In this document: positions 13,994-26,067 of the stretch, piece after piece
How positions within the stretch are numbered: position 1 is the first letter of the stretch
Layout: every line of letters starts with the position of its first letter
Origin: the human T2T-CHM13v2.0 reference genome, Homo sapiens
Strand: one strand, 5' to 3'
Assembly (NCBI RefSeq): GCF_009914755.1
Contig: NC_060933.1
DNA length: 64,000 nucleotides
Notes under the pieces: generated by a model
Seen by the model: only the letters and a program-made list of their open reading frames with translations
Database searches by the model: none
What the model was told of the DNA's origin: nothing
Made by a program: the position numbers and the translations under genes

Positions 13994-14294
13994 GAGCTGA
14001 AATGTAATCAGTTATTCAATTCAATCATTCAATTATTCAAATATTCAATTTGCAAGTCACTATCACCCTAGGCTTTCTTTATCTTACCTGTGTCTACTGG
14101 CCATTTCATCACTTATATGAGGCTTCAAACTAAGGGTGGACTGGAGCAAAGTAAAATAAATCAGACTTAATAAGGTAAGTTAGAGATTACTCAGCAACTA
14201 TATCCCTAAAAACATTTATTTTTAAGGAAGAGGTCAAGGCCGTATGTATAAATAAAAAAAAAATAGCCTCTAAAAATAATCCATGGGAGAGAGT

Positions 14295-14475
14295 AGAAAG
14301 AGAGTACTGTGAGTCAGAGACTCAGTTCTATTCTAGGGTCTACCCCTAATGAGATGTGTAAATTCGTACAGGACACCGTCTCCGCTCTTGGTTGTCTCAC
14401 CTGTAAAACAAGCGAACTGGAATATGTGCTCTCTGAGTTTCCTTCCAGCCCTAACTTTCGGTGTCTCTATGATCC
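14295..14475 (+). mobile_element. MIR3/MIR relic
   Basis: gagtcagagactcagttctattctagg...tctcacctgtaaaaca...ttccttccagccctaac. Confidence 0.6.
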
Positions 14476-15943
14476 ACAAGTGTTAATTATCCGTGACCTG
14501 ATTGCTATGGATAATCAGAACTTGGCCATACTTGTTTAGACTGACAGCATTCTAAAGGAATAGCCTAGAAAGAGAAGGAAAAGCTGAATCTCTGGAACGT
14601 CTCTGACACTTGCCCAACCAACGACCAGTTCATGTTTTCACAGTCTTTCATGCTATGCATTTTATTGTTTTACTTAATATTGCAAAATTGAAATCACCTT
14701 ATTTTGATGGAGCATTTCTAAGCCCCTTATTTTATAAGATACCATCTTCTTAATTTCTGGAGTGTTTTGGCCTAGAGGGAAAAATAGGGTACTTGAAAGA
14801 ATATTACTGTAGTGGAGAAATCACATAGCAACAAGAATGCAGAAAGTAAACTAGCCCCACAAAGAGTGCTTTGCAGACCTTACCCGTAATGCCAAATGCA
14901 ATAAAGGATATGGGGCTGTTTCCATGGCGAAGATGTTGTAGAAAGATACAACCTCACTAGAATGTATACATAGACATACTTCTATTTAACTTAGTTACAT
15001 CTTATATTGCATAGTCATTTTTCCTTTTGGGAAAACCATACTGACAAATTACTCAAGTAATCTCCTCTGGAGAGTAGAACAAAAAACACAGGCCCACTGC
15101 ACCATGTCAGGGTTCTAAAAATTAGGAAGACTCATCAAATAACTCAGCCGAAGAACAGGTTTAGTTACAGCAGTTGGATGCTCAGTTCTGCAAAAGATTA
15201 TTCTGCAATATCGGTCAGGAGATTATTTTATGTACAGATGTTTCTTATCTTTGAATTCCTAGAGTGACTCTCATCACCTCCTTTCGTCCCTGGGAGCTTC
15301 TTGCTCTGCTTGTTCAAAGCTACCCAATCTATCACTAAGGAGGCAAGGGAATAGTGATATGTGCTTGAGGGAAAGGGGAGTCACACTGCTTAAGGCAGGC
15401 AGCTCGCTTTGGCCCCCTAACTTGCATCTTGTTCTCCCTGCTTCTGAATGAAAGCAGCTAACTAAGGGAGAGTGTGAGCCTCATATGAAAAGACATTTGT
15501 TTCCAGATACAATGCTAAACTGGGATTGCTGGCCCATGCTGTTTTGCATCAGCAGATGCTTTAAGAATGCAGTGAAAACATCTTATAAAGTGAAAACCTA
15601 TCATTTGTAAAGCTGCAAAGAGAGAGCTTTGTTTGCCCACACAGCATTTCTCAATGGAACCCCTGAGGCCATGGGTTTTTCAGGACAAGTTTCAACTCTG
15701 CTTAGCGCACATTTATTGTGTTAAGGAAAAAAGGCCCAAATAAGCAGGGCATACTATTGTGAATCTTGTAAAGACAGCCCGAGTTTAAGATCTCTGTCTA
15801 TCTGGCTTTAAACTAGAGCCAATTCACAATTACCTATGATCAAAATAACAGAGTGTAGACAAATTAAAATGGAATCTACGTAATCTCTTCTTGACATTGA
15901 AAATGCCACCCTCACCTTCACTTATTTGGTTATTTTCAATCAG

Positions 15944-16423
15944 TCACAAGAGTAACTTACAAATATCTAATGCTTTATCAGAACAGCTGACAAGTAGCAG
16001 CAATTGTACATTTGAGTTGCATCTTTTAGATGAGGTTCTAGCCAGCAGGAAAAATGGTCTAAGTTTAGATGATAAGAATGGGCCTGAGTGTCTAATTACT
16101 ATATAATCAAATAGACTGCATATTGCCAACGCCATGTATTAGAAGGGTAATATTTCACAGATATCTGGCAATTCCCACATTGAAACTTACTTTATTGACT
16201 AACAAAAATAGACTGTAGACCACATAGGTTGGGGCTTTTTTATGTAACATCTTCAAGCCACTCTGGGAATAGTCTTTCATTTTTATTCATCGTTCTTCCC
16301 TGCTGTCTTTTCTTATATCTGTTATTAAGTCTATGCCTAATTTTTCTTGCATAACTGCAGCACTCCATGCCTGTCATGAGGGTATAGTGGGCTGCATTAG
16401 ATATTTGTAAGTTACTCTTGTGA
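15944..16423. repeat. Perfect 30-bp inverted repeat with 420-nt spacer
   Basis: tcacaagagtaacttacaaatatctaatgc (15944-15973) is the exact reverse complement of 16394-16423. Confidence 0.97.
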
Positions 16424-17423
16424 TTTGGAGATAGAAGTGGTCCACATCTCAGGCTATGATACTTCTCATCTCCCTTCAAAATTTGTGAGCTGGATGGCTC
16501 CTAATCCAGCAGTTTTACATTGATGGGCTCCATGTACATGAATTTTGCAATTCCCAGGATCCTAATGAAGATTTTAATTATGTTAGTGCTAGAATTCACC
16601 TCTTCCTCCTGCAGCAGAAGCATTTCCTTGCATGCATGAAGCTGAAACAAAACTGCCTGGGTAGAAATCCACAGTGACAGACACTATTAAATGAGAGAAG
16701 TATTTTGTTGTGATGCTGAACATGGCAGTACTTCAGGGAATAAGGAGCCGAAGTTCTAGATGAACATAAAAATAACATGATTTTTTTTTATAGCCATGCT
16801 CTGGGACTTGAAAAGGATATGGACTCAAAGGGAGAAAAAGAAATAGTTTAGAGACTTGAAAATAATTTAAGCAACAAAATAAAAACAAATACCAATTTTT
16901 CTGAGCTTCGGAGCAGAAAGATTCTTGAAGTCCAGACTGTGTTTTATGTGCTGCCTTTTTTACCCCAAACATTAAATCATTGTGAATTTGATGTCAAACT
17001 GCATGCCTGAAGACATTAACTGGAAGGCAGGTATATAACCTGGTACAGATTAGAAAGTTACGCCAGGAAGTGTTAAATGCTGAGCCAGAAGTCAGTCACG
17101 ACCAGCATTGTTCTTCAGAGCCACCGTGCTGAGCCCTCCAGCACAGTTTCCTGCCGCCAAACCACTGCCGATTTCTGATGGGAAAATAGAATAAAATGAC
17201 ACCTGAAAGAATCCTGTTTCTAAAACATATAGGAAGTGGCTTTATAATTAATGATTTTTGAAAGTAGGTCTTTATTACACTTGAGAAAAGTCTTTCTAGA
17301 GTGAAAGCCTCTTTTGAAGAAGATATTCTTGGTGTTTAGTTTCCTCCAAAGCCCAAGAATCTTAAAATTGAAAGAAGTGAGCAAAAAGTATTCACGTTAA
17401 CTCTTAAAAGCAAGAGTGTGGAA

Positions 17424-17727
17424 TTTTTTTTTTTTTTTTTTTTTTTGAAACAGGGTTCTACTCTGTTGCCTAGGCTGGTGTACAGTGACACCATCATGGC
17501 TCACAGCAGCCCCAACCTCCAGGCTCAAGCCATCTTCCCACCTCATCCTCCCATGTAGCTGGGAGTACAGGCTTGTGCCACCATGCCCAGCTAATTTTTA
17601 AATTTTTTGTTGAGACAAGGTTTTGCCATATTGCACAGGCTGGTCTTGAACTCCTGAGCTCAAGACATCCTCCCGCCTTGGCCTCCCAAAGTGTTGGGAT
17701 TACCAGGGTGAGCCACTGTGCCCAGCC
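17424..17727 (-). mobile_element. AluJ-like element
   Basis: Poly-T then antisense dimer with J features (catggctcacagcagcc, ctcctgagctcaag). Confidence 0.93.
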
Positions 17728-20700
17728 GAGAATCATGATCTTAAAGGCTCTTGGAAGCCAGATCACAGAGAAGGTTAAAATACAAAATATTGGTCTGTGT
17801 CTAGTAAATAGGTGGTTGGAGAGGCCTTGGACTTCTAAATTCTTGCATTTATTTAAAAAATACTGCATCCTCAATATCAAGGGTGATATTTAGAACTATT
17901 TTTTTTACTCTTAGAATTTATTTGAACATTAAGTAAAAATTAGTCAATGTGATGAGTCTTTTAATATCCCTTATCATGGACTTTTGATGAGAGAATTAGC
18001 TCTTTTTTTTTCTCCTTTTTCAATGTGTAATTATTTATCTATTTTAAGTGAAATTCTTTTCAGTATTAAAGTAAAAATCATCAGAATACATGTCGTAGTT
18101 GAAATTCACCAGCAGTTACCTGTGAAAGCATTGTTGTGTACAAGGTAGGGAGGGATATATTTTATTGTTGTCCCTGATCGTGGTATAAAATTATTAAAAG
18201 TTTGGGGCTGTAACGAATTGATAAGCATTACTCAGTGCTATAGTTTTTTTGCAACTCACCAGCAATCTTATAAAATTACTTCAGATACAGTATCATAAAA
18301 GACTCTTCTCAACTGCATACATAGACATTAGAAGTTTAAGACTTGTGAATACAATTTTATTGACAAATTCCCTCGCCTAATTTGAAGTTTGTTGGAGGAA
18401 ATAAATTCTAATAATCTTTCCTCCTTTACATTCATATCTGGCCATTCCTATGTGTTACACCCTCATTTGTGTTCTCTCTTTCCCTTCCTCATTGTAAGGA
18501 GACTGGGGACTTGGTAGATCTGCCAGGAATCCCTCGGAAGGACCCAGGTGTTTACTCCTAATCAGCAGGTCATCCAGGAAGAGTTTGGAGCCTGCACACA
18601 GTAGCCCAGGAAGTAGCTGACTGCAGTACTTCTGTGTATCATATGTTGGCCAGTCTGGGACATTCTGAAGAATACTAAGTGCCCCAGGTAATAAATCATC
18701 CTCCCTCCTGTCATCCAACTTCAGTTTAGGACTCACATATTCCCTCTTTCCTGAGGGCAAATTTAAGGCATGGCCATGTGGTCTTTTGACCATTTCTTTG
18801 ATATTCAAAGGGTATAAATAAAAGGAGATGCTTATTTCAGAAGGAGTCATCCTGGGACAAACAGATTCATGGTAATAACAAAACATGCATTTGAAGTATA
18901 TCAGACAGCCTTTTAGACCCCCTTTACCAAAATCTTGTAGCCTAATTCTTCGGAACTTGAACCCAATGTCCCTTGAATTCTTAGCTGTCAGCAGCGTGGC
19001 ACCAGGTCTTGCAATTGCACAGTTGCCTGCAGTCCTCTGACATCTATGTGGGAGTAACCTATAGTCACACCCCTACTGCCACTTTCCCCTGCGTATAAAA
19101 CCAAAGAGAGCAGAGTGACAGACTGATACCATATGTTCTTTCATAAGCAGTATCACTTTTCACTGTTGTGTGCAAATTACCTTGGGATACGAGAGGAGTA
19201 GAGAGTGATCCAGAAAGAGAAAGAGGAACACAGGCAAGTGAGGTGAGGTTAAGCTACTCCCCAAGCCTAGCCCCACAAGGCAGACAAAGGGCCCTAGCTT
19301 CTAGATGCCTTTTCTTTCTTCATCAAGTCTTTCCTCTTTCCCTAGAGACTACTTTCAGTTACTCAGTTTTCCTCTAATTGCATTCTCTTGGGTGCCTGAG
19401 GGCTCCATTTCTCTGAATATTTTGTGCAGCCATTGGTTGGTCTCAAATGGATCTGAGGGCCGTTGGCTATAGAGTGTCTAATTCTCAGCTCTCTGGCATC
19501 TCAAGGGTCTTCCATGATCATTCAGTCCTCTTCAATTCATGTTGCTTCCTCAAAAAGGAACTGGATTTGCGAACTGTGGCCCAGCGAATGCTGCAGGTAG
19601 GGAAAGTGCAAGACTAGGCAGGTTTAGAGAATCTCCATAATTCAGGCCACCAGGGTCTATGACTGAAATTAGCATTCTCATTCAAGGGATAAAGCCCTAA
19701 GATAACTTCTTGTGACACACCTGCTTTGTACCACCCTTTGAGAAAGCTTCAACCCCTATCTGAGACATCCTGAGCTTGAGGCTTTGAGGGGTCTTTTTGA
19801 GCTAGTGATTCACTGTCTCTTTTGTAAGAGAAATACCTGTGTAATGGAATTGGAGCAGCTGCTCTTCTTTTCTTGGTGACTACCAAGCTGTTGCTCAGGC
19901 ATGGAGACTCTCTAAGCTAAGTGGCAATGGCCCTTTATGCCTGCTAGGAAAAGGGACCAGATTTAATGAAAGGTTGTTAGCAAAGGCTCAGGGCCAGTTT
20001 CTCTTTTGATCTCATCCTGCTATGCCTACTTATAAGTAATAGTTAAGGGCAAAAATGAATCTGGCTGATATGAAGAATAAGAGTCAACTGAACCACCCCT
20101 CCCATAATATGTATCAGTTGACTCGGGAACATTATTAGTTTTTGATCAACTTTGTTGAACAAACTTAGGTGAAGCAAATACTCTTCACACCTACCTCTAA
20201 AATATGATCTAGTTTTAGCTGATGTAAAACAGGTAGCAGCAATTTTCTTCTCTAAAATGATGCTCTCTCCATGTGTTCATTTTGCAGAGTGAAGTGTAGA
20301 AATGTGTTTCCTTAAACTTCCCTTGCTAAAAATAACAGCAACAAAAATTGACCTTTTGCTTTTAAATGAGATTGAAGAATTTTCTCCCTCTTGGGTCAGG
20401 GCTAAGTTCTCCTAACTGTCTATGCTATCTTCCCAATCATCATAATGACAAGAGTTATTTTATAAATCAAGATTTTATACTGGGGCTGGACACATTGAAT
20501 TGTAATTTGTTTTAATATACAAAACTAAAAATAACTTTGCAGTGGGCAAAACCCCAGATGTGTTTTGTCAGTCTCTTTTTCACTTAATGTCTAAAGCTTT
20601 ATGTATTTAAGGAAAATTTTATCCATGTGCTTCTCATTTATTTACACTTAACTCATCAGTATGTTTAATATGAGTTATTTGATGTCCAAGAAGCCCTTTT

Positions 20701-21439
20701 AAACTATTTTATGTGCTTATTTTATGTATCTGTGAAATGGGAAGTCATTTACTGCCAAAAAAGAAAGCTGTGCAAAACCTATCATCATCATTGTCAATAA
20801 ATATTTACCTCTAAAATTTCAAGCATCATTTAAAAATATGCACAAGACATTTTGGAGTCCACTTTAGACTGACCGACATAAACAGAACTTACATCTTTTC
20901 TCAACAGACAGTTTTGTACATTCAGGTGCTCATGTAGTTAAATAATACAGATACTTTCTTTTATGAAGTAAGAAGTTGGGGTCACGGTTTTCATAAAGCT
21001 ATGAGTCAAGTGTTGAGCCCAAGAAAAGTCAACCACTGGCTATTTCCATGCAACTCTTTCCTGATATCACTGGTGAGTCCACCCCATCAGTACTACCAGT
21101 ACCATGCATCTCTTCAAATGGGATTAATAGCTAGTTAGAAATTAATATTTTTTTAAGCATCTAATGGTAAGTTTTATATGTGATAATTCACTAAGAAAAC
21201 AGTTTCCCAACAGGAGTCCCATCACTTGTGCCCCTTTAGCTTTCAGTGTTCCAGAGCACCAGGAACCTGATGCAGGTATTTATTTCACCACACTTATGTA
21301 GTAGAGGTTTATCCATTCATTCAGCACACTTATTTAGTTGTCACCCTGTTCTAGGATCCTACTCTGCTAAGTGCTATGAATAGGAAGATAGATAATGTGT
21401 ACTTTTTGCAGTGCTTAGGTGGGTAGGAGAACTGGACAT

Positions 21440-21838
21440 TGTAGTAGATGTCATTAAGGTCCTGTCCATTTTTGCCTTAGTCCATCTGAGTTCACCTGTG
21501 GCATGGTTACATGCAAGTGCCATCTGAAAGTGCAGTGGAGTTAATCTCCCCGAGGGGACGTACTCCATTAATAGGTATAGTGTGCTTCAGCTCCCATACT
21601 CCCTGGTATGATAACATTGAGGTATGTTCCATACAGATTCTCAGAGATTTCGAGGGGCTGAGACTCAGTTGCCCATAACAGTTATATACTCACAAATATA
21701 CCCATTTTTTTGGGTTTTTTTTTTTTCCTAGTTCTTATCTCACTTTTCCTCGCCTGTGCTTCCTGAGATCATACCCTCTAAAACCAACTGCACCCATGTT
21801 TTTGTCTCACTGTTTCCTTTTGGGAGAAACCTAAGATA
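21440..21838 (+). mobile_element. LTR16-like ERVL solo LTR
   Basis: Begins tgtagtagatg; gtgcttcctgagatcat...ctgcaccca...gggagaaacctaagata resembles LTR16 3' end. Confidence 0.6.
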
Positions 21839-22349
21839 ATGTGTGCAGAAAAGCAGTAATTGCAATATAGTGATGAGCTGTAACAGAAGTGTGCATACAT
21901 AGTAGTAGGAGACAGTTGCACAATACACAGCAGTTATTTCATTTGGTAGACATTTGTGGGGAATTTACTAGCTCAATGTCAATATCCCCCTCTACCATGT
22001 AAATGTTATGAAGGCAGAGATGCCATCCATTCACTGCCTCATCCCTAGAGTCTAGCACAGGCTCTGGCATATAAGAGCTTAATACCTATTAGTTGAATTA
22101 GTAGTCATCTTTGTCAGAGGGATACTGAGGATTAGAAAGAAGGCTACCATCATTTGTATGTGGCTTGAACTTGTACAGTCAATCAGTAATGATGGAGCTG
22201 CTACGAAATCCCAGGTGTTCTAATGTCTAGTCCAGGGCTTTTTCTCCAACTGGCTTTAAAAAAGGGAGTTAGCTAGAAGGTTGTAGGGATTAGGAGTGGG
22301 GCAGTATGTATGAAAGCTGAGTTCTGAGCGAATACGGGGTACTCAGGGA

Positions 22350-22905
22350 AGTAAGTCATTTAGATACGATGGGATTGTGAAAAATGGGTGAAAATTGGTT
22401 GGAAAGAAAGAGATGAAGGACAATGAGTAAGTCCAATAGGAAGACCTGGTAGGCCATGTCCAGGCATTTAGGCTCTTACTGACTAATGACAGTGGCAGTG
22501 GTTTTGATGGGGACATAATTGAAGGATCTTGATGGGGCAGTATCTGGTTACATCTAACAAAACTCCAAATGAGGTGGGGGAGGTTAGATGGGATTGGGCA
22601 AGACTGGAGACAGCAAGATAAGTTCCATATATGTTCAGGAAAGAGATTTAGCAAGATTGACGGTGAGATGTACAGATGAGGCAGAAGAAAGTCAAGGTCC
22701 AGGGTCCTGGCTTGGGCAACTGGGTGGTGCCACTTCTTGAGCTAGAGCAGAAAGAAAAAAGCATTACGAGAGCTTCTAGATCTCAAGGTACCAATAACAA
22801 AGCATTCAGTTTGAGGGTATGTAGTATCTAGAGAGATAGGTCTTGACTGGAATGTGGATCCAGAAAGTCTTCAGCACGTGAGTGATTTTGTTGACACCAT
22901 GGGAG
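22350..22905 (-). mobile_element. L2 relic
   Basis: tggtaggccatgtccaggcatttagg...ggcaagactggagacag...cctggcttgggcaactgggtgg. Confidence 0.65.
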
Positions 22906-22924
22906 TTAATTTAAAAAATTAAAC

Positions 22925-23195
22925 ATCTAAATACTGCTTACTATATGACAGTCACTGTTGTGAGGACTTGTAAAATATTAACTATATTATGTATATTAAA
23001 ATTAAGTATATTGATATTAAAGTATGAAGTAACTGTGTAACTATTAACTCAGTATTTAACTAAACAACCCTATGAGATAAATGCTGTTTTTCCACTTTGT
23101 AGATGAGGAAACTGAGGCACAGAAAAGTGAAACAACTTTCTCAAAGTCATATAGGTAGAGAGTAGTGAAGGGTAAAGCTGGGATTGCTCTACTGA
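22925..23195 (-). mobile_element. MIR with AT-rich insertion
   Basis: acaaccctatgagataaatgctgtttttccactttgtagatgaggaaactgaggcacaga. Confidence 0.8.
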
Positions 23196-24809
23196 GTGAA
23201 GAGAGAAATAAAACACAAATGTCATAAATGCGAAGAATGGAATAGAAGCTTGAGATAGATTAAGACCCACAAGAAGGATCAAAAGAGGTAAGAAAAATAT
23301 GAGGAAAAGGGTAGAATCTTAGAGGTCAAAGAGGAGAGCACTTTACTTGGGTCACATGACATTGAGAGATCAAGTAACAGGAAGGCTGAAGATACTCATT
23401 GGATTTCACGTTGAAAAAAATCATTAGTGACAGCACTTTTCATGAAATGATGAAAGTTGGCCATTTGATGAAAGTTGGCCATTCAACTCAAACACTCTCC
23501 CAGGATCAGGAGAAACAGCTACGGATAAAGCTATGCAAACCAAACAGCTTAATCAAACTTGAGGAATCAATTCTAGAAAATGAGTTTGACCTGACGAGTT
23601 TGTGCTGCATATACCATGTGAGGAAATTTAAAATGAGCCAAACTTTCTGAAGGCTGTAGGTATGTATTCTGATATCAGAACGGACAAGGCTTAGGCAGCA
23701 ATAATGCTAAAAAATAAGGAAGGAGGGAGGAGAGGAAAACCTGAGTGAAAAACCCAGAAAAATATGAAAATTAAGGATTCCCCCATAAAGACTGTTCTCA
23801 AAATTGTTATTTTTGAGACCCAAATGCCTTCCTTTTGGTATTGCTCATATATGAAGAAAAAATTGTTACATCAGACTCTGGAACTCAAAATATTAAGAGA
23901 AAAAAACAAAAGAAGATTCATGTTAAATCCCTTGCTGATGAATATTGGCAGCCTACAAGAAACATGTGGGAGAAAGTTCTCAAGCTTAGAGTGTAAGTGG
24001 AATGACTTTTGCACATGCAGGAAAAAGCACGTCTAAAGACAGTGGTGAAGGCTGAAGGGAATGTGGGAGTTAGAAATCTGTGTAGGCAGGCCTAACAAGG
24101 TGGAGACAATTCTTTCTTTGCTGATGTTTTAAGGTAAGTCAAGAGAGTTTGGACATAAGCCACCGTGGTCGACTTTCTCCGTAAGGGACTTTTGCTGATA
24201 CCTGCAGTGAATTCGTTAGTTGTCAATGATAATTGAATCGATTCAGGGTGTTTGCCTGGAAGGGATTCTACTTTCATTCTAACTTGCCAGGTTTTAAAAA
24301 AAATGAAACTTTACATCGGTCAGCTGAAATTGGTTTATGAATTGCTGGAAATCCCTAGACAGATTTCCATCAATTCAAAACATCATAGACAATCCTGTAT
24401 TTGCAGTGGGCTTTGAGTTATTCACGAAATCCTATTGAACATCTTTTTTGCATTAATTTAGTGATATTTCTCACTGACGTCAAGGTGATGAAAAATAACA
24501 CTAAACCTTACTTGGCTGACTGTGGAGAACTTGGAACTCTACCAGGCATGCTGCAGGCAATTTCTGGAAGGCAGGCAGGAAGGCAGGCAGGGGGACCTGG
24601 CATGCCTCAGAAACTACCTCAGAGATGAGCTTTAGAGAGAACAAGTCTACAATTATGGGAATAAAACTCAAAAATATTTAACGGCTGCCAGCAATTTCTG
24701 AAAAGCTATTAAAAATTTGAGAAACACACACCAATGATAGTGGTAAGAGAAAGTAGGTGCACTTTAAAAGGAAAAAAATCTGTATTTTGTTTATTTACCA
24801 GAACTTAAA

Positions 24810-25100
24810 GAGGATTTACTGTGTTCTGGGCACTTTTCTAGTGACTTTATGAATATTAATTCACTTAATATTCCTGACAACCCTCATGAAATGGGCATGA
24901 TGATTATCCTTGTTTTACAAATAGTGATGATGTGGCATAGAGAGGTTGTTCATGGCCACATAGCCTGGTACTTTACAAATAGTGATTTTACAAATAGTGA
25001 TGATGCTTGTTCGTGGCCACATAGCCCGGTACTGATCTGGGATTCAGACCTAAGGGAGTCTGGCTACAAAGTTTATGCTTTTAGCTACCATGCATGTTTC
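24810..25100 (-). mobile_element. MIR carrying internal duplications
   Basis: tactgtgttctgggcacttttctagtgacttt...acaaccctcatga...attatccttgttttacaaat...ctgggattcagacctaagggagtctggct. Confidence 0.75.
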
Positions 25101-25946
25101 CCTTCATAAAGGAAATAGCGTTTTCTTTCAAGAGTCTAAACCCATTGTCTCTAACAGTACTCAAAATGACTTTGTCATGTGATAGCTTCTGCTGCATTCT
25201 AGTTTTACTAAGTTGTGCCTTATAAAACTGTTCTCTGATATTGTGGAGATAGCCATGTACCATGTCATGCCAGCACTATTAGAGGAAGCAGGGACAGAGA
25301 CCGTGGGTAATGTGACATTGATGGTGTGATATTGCTTCCCCTCTCTGTGCAGTCGAAGGCTTGATGCCATCATATGTTAAGAGATTATAAATAGAAATAG
25401 TTTTCACTGCATAAACAGTGAACACAGACGTTTATGGACAATTAATGGACTACATAATTGTAGTAGTCCATTAATTGCAGACAAACTCACAGATTGTCTT
25501 TAGAGATCCAGTAGCTTCAAGAGATGGTAAGAAGCAGAAAGTCAGGATGTGTAAGCAATGTGTAAATGGCTTTCACATATGACTTTTCTCCTGAAACACA
25601 CACCTTTGAGAACAAAATTATTATATTTGCAACAATTATATTGAGTATTCTGAATAAGACTTGTGTTTCTGACATAAGGGCTCTTGGTTGCTGGGTTTTA
25701 CTTTGCACACATATTTGCCTGTCAGATTGGCACATTGCTTGTAATTGTTTCTCTCACTGTGTTATGAAATCTCCCTTTCTATCAATTCCTTTTCAGCCAA
25801 TAGTAGTTCTCCAATGAGTCATGTGGCTAAATAAAGACAGGGGTTGCATTTTATGTAGCAGATGTCTTATCTGGTGGCTATAAGAATAGGCCATTTTTAT
25901 TAAAATTTTCTTTTTCTTTTTTTATGGTTTAAATACTTTTTTAAAA

Positions 25947-26067
25947 TTTTATTATGATTATACTTTAAGTTTTAGGGTACATGTGCACAACGTGCAGGTT
26001 TGTTACGTATGTATACATGTGCCATGTTGGTGTGCTGCACCCATTAACTCATCATTTAGCATTAGGT
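25947..26067 (-). mobile_element. Primate L1PA 3'-terminal fragment (~120 bp)
   Basis: tatactttaagttttagggtacatgtgcacaacgtgcaggtttgttac...cccattaactcatcatttagcattaggt is the antisense L1PA terminus. Confidence 0.95.

Noticed and set aside
15995-16015. miR-15/16/103-like string tagcagcaattgtaca
   Set aside because: Only the seed-like part matches. I recognise no full mature miRNA and see no local precursor hairpin.
23399-23650. 83-aa ORF with protein-like composition
   Set aside because: Non-ATG start inside an L2 relic, no convincing splice sites and no recognised homology.
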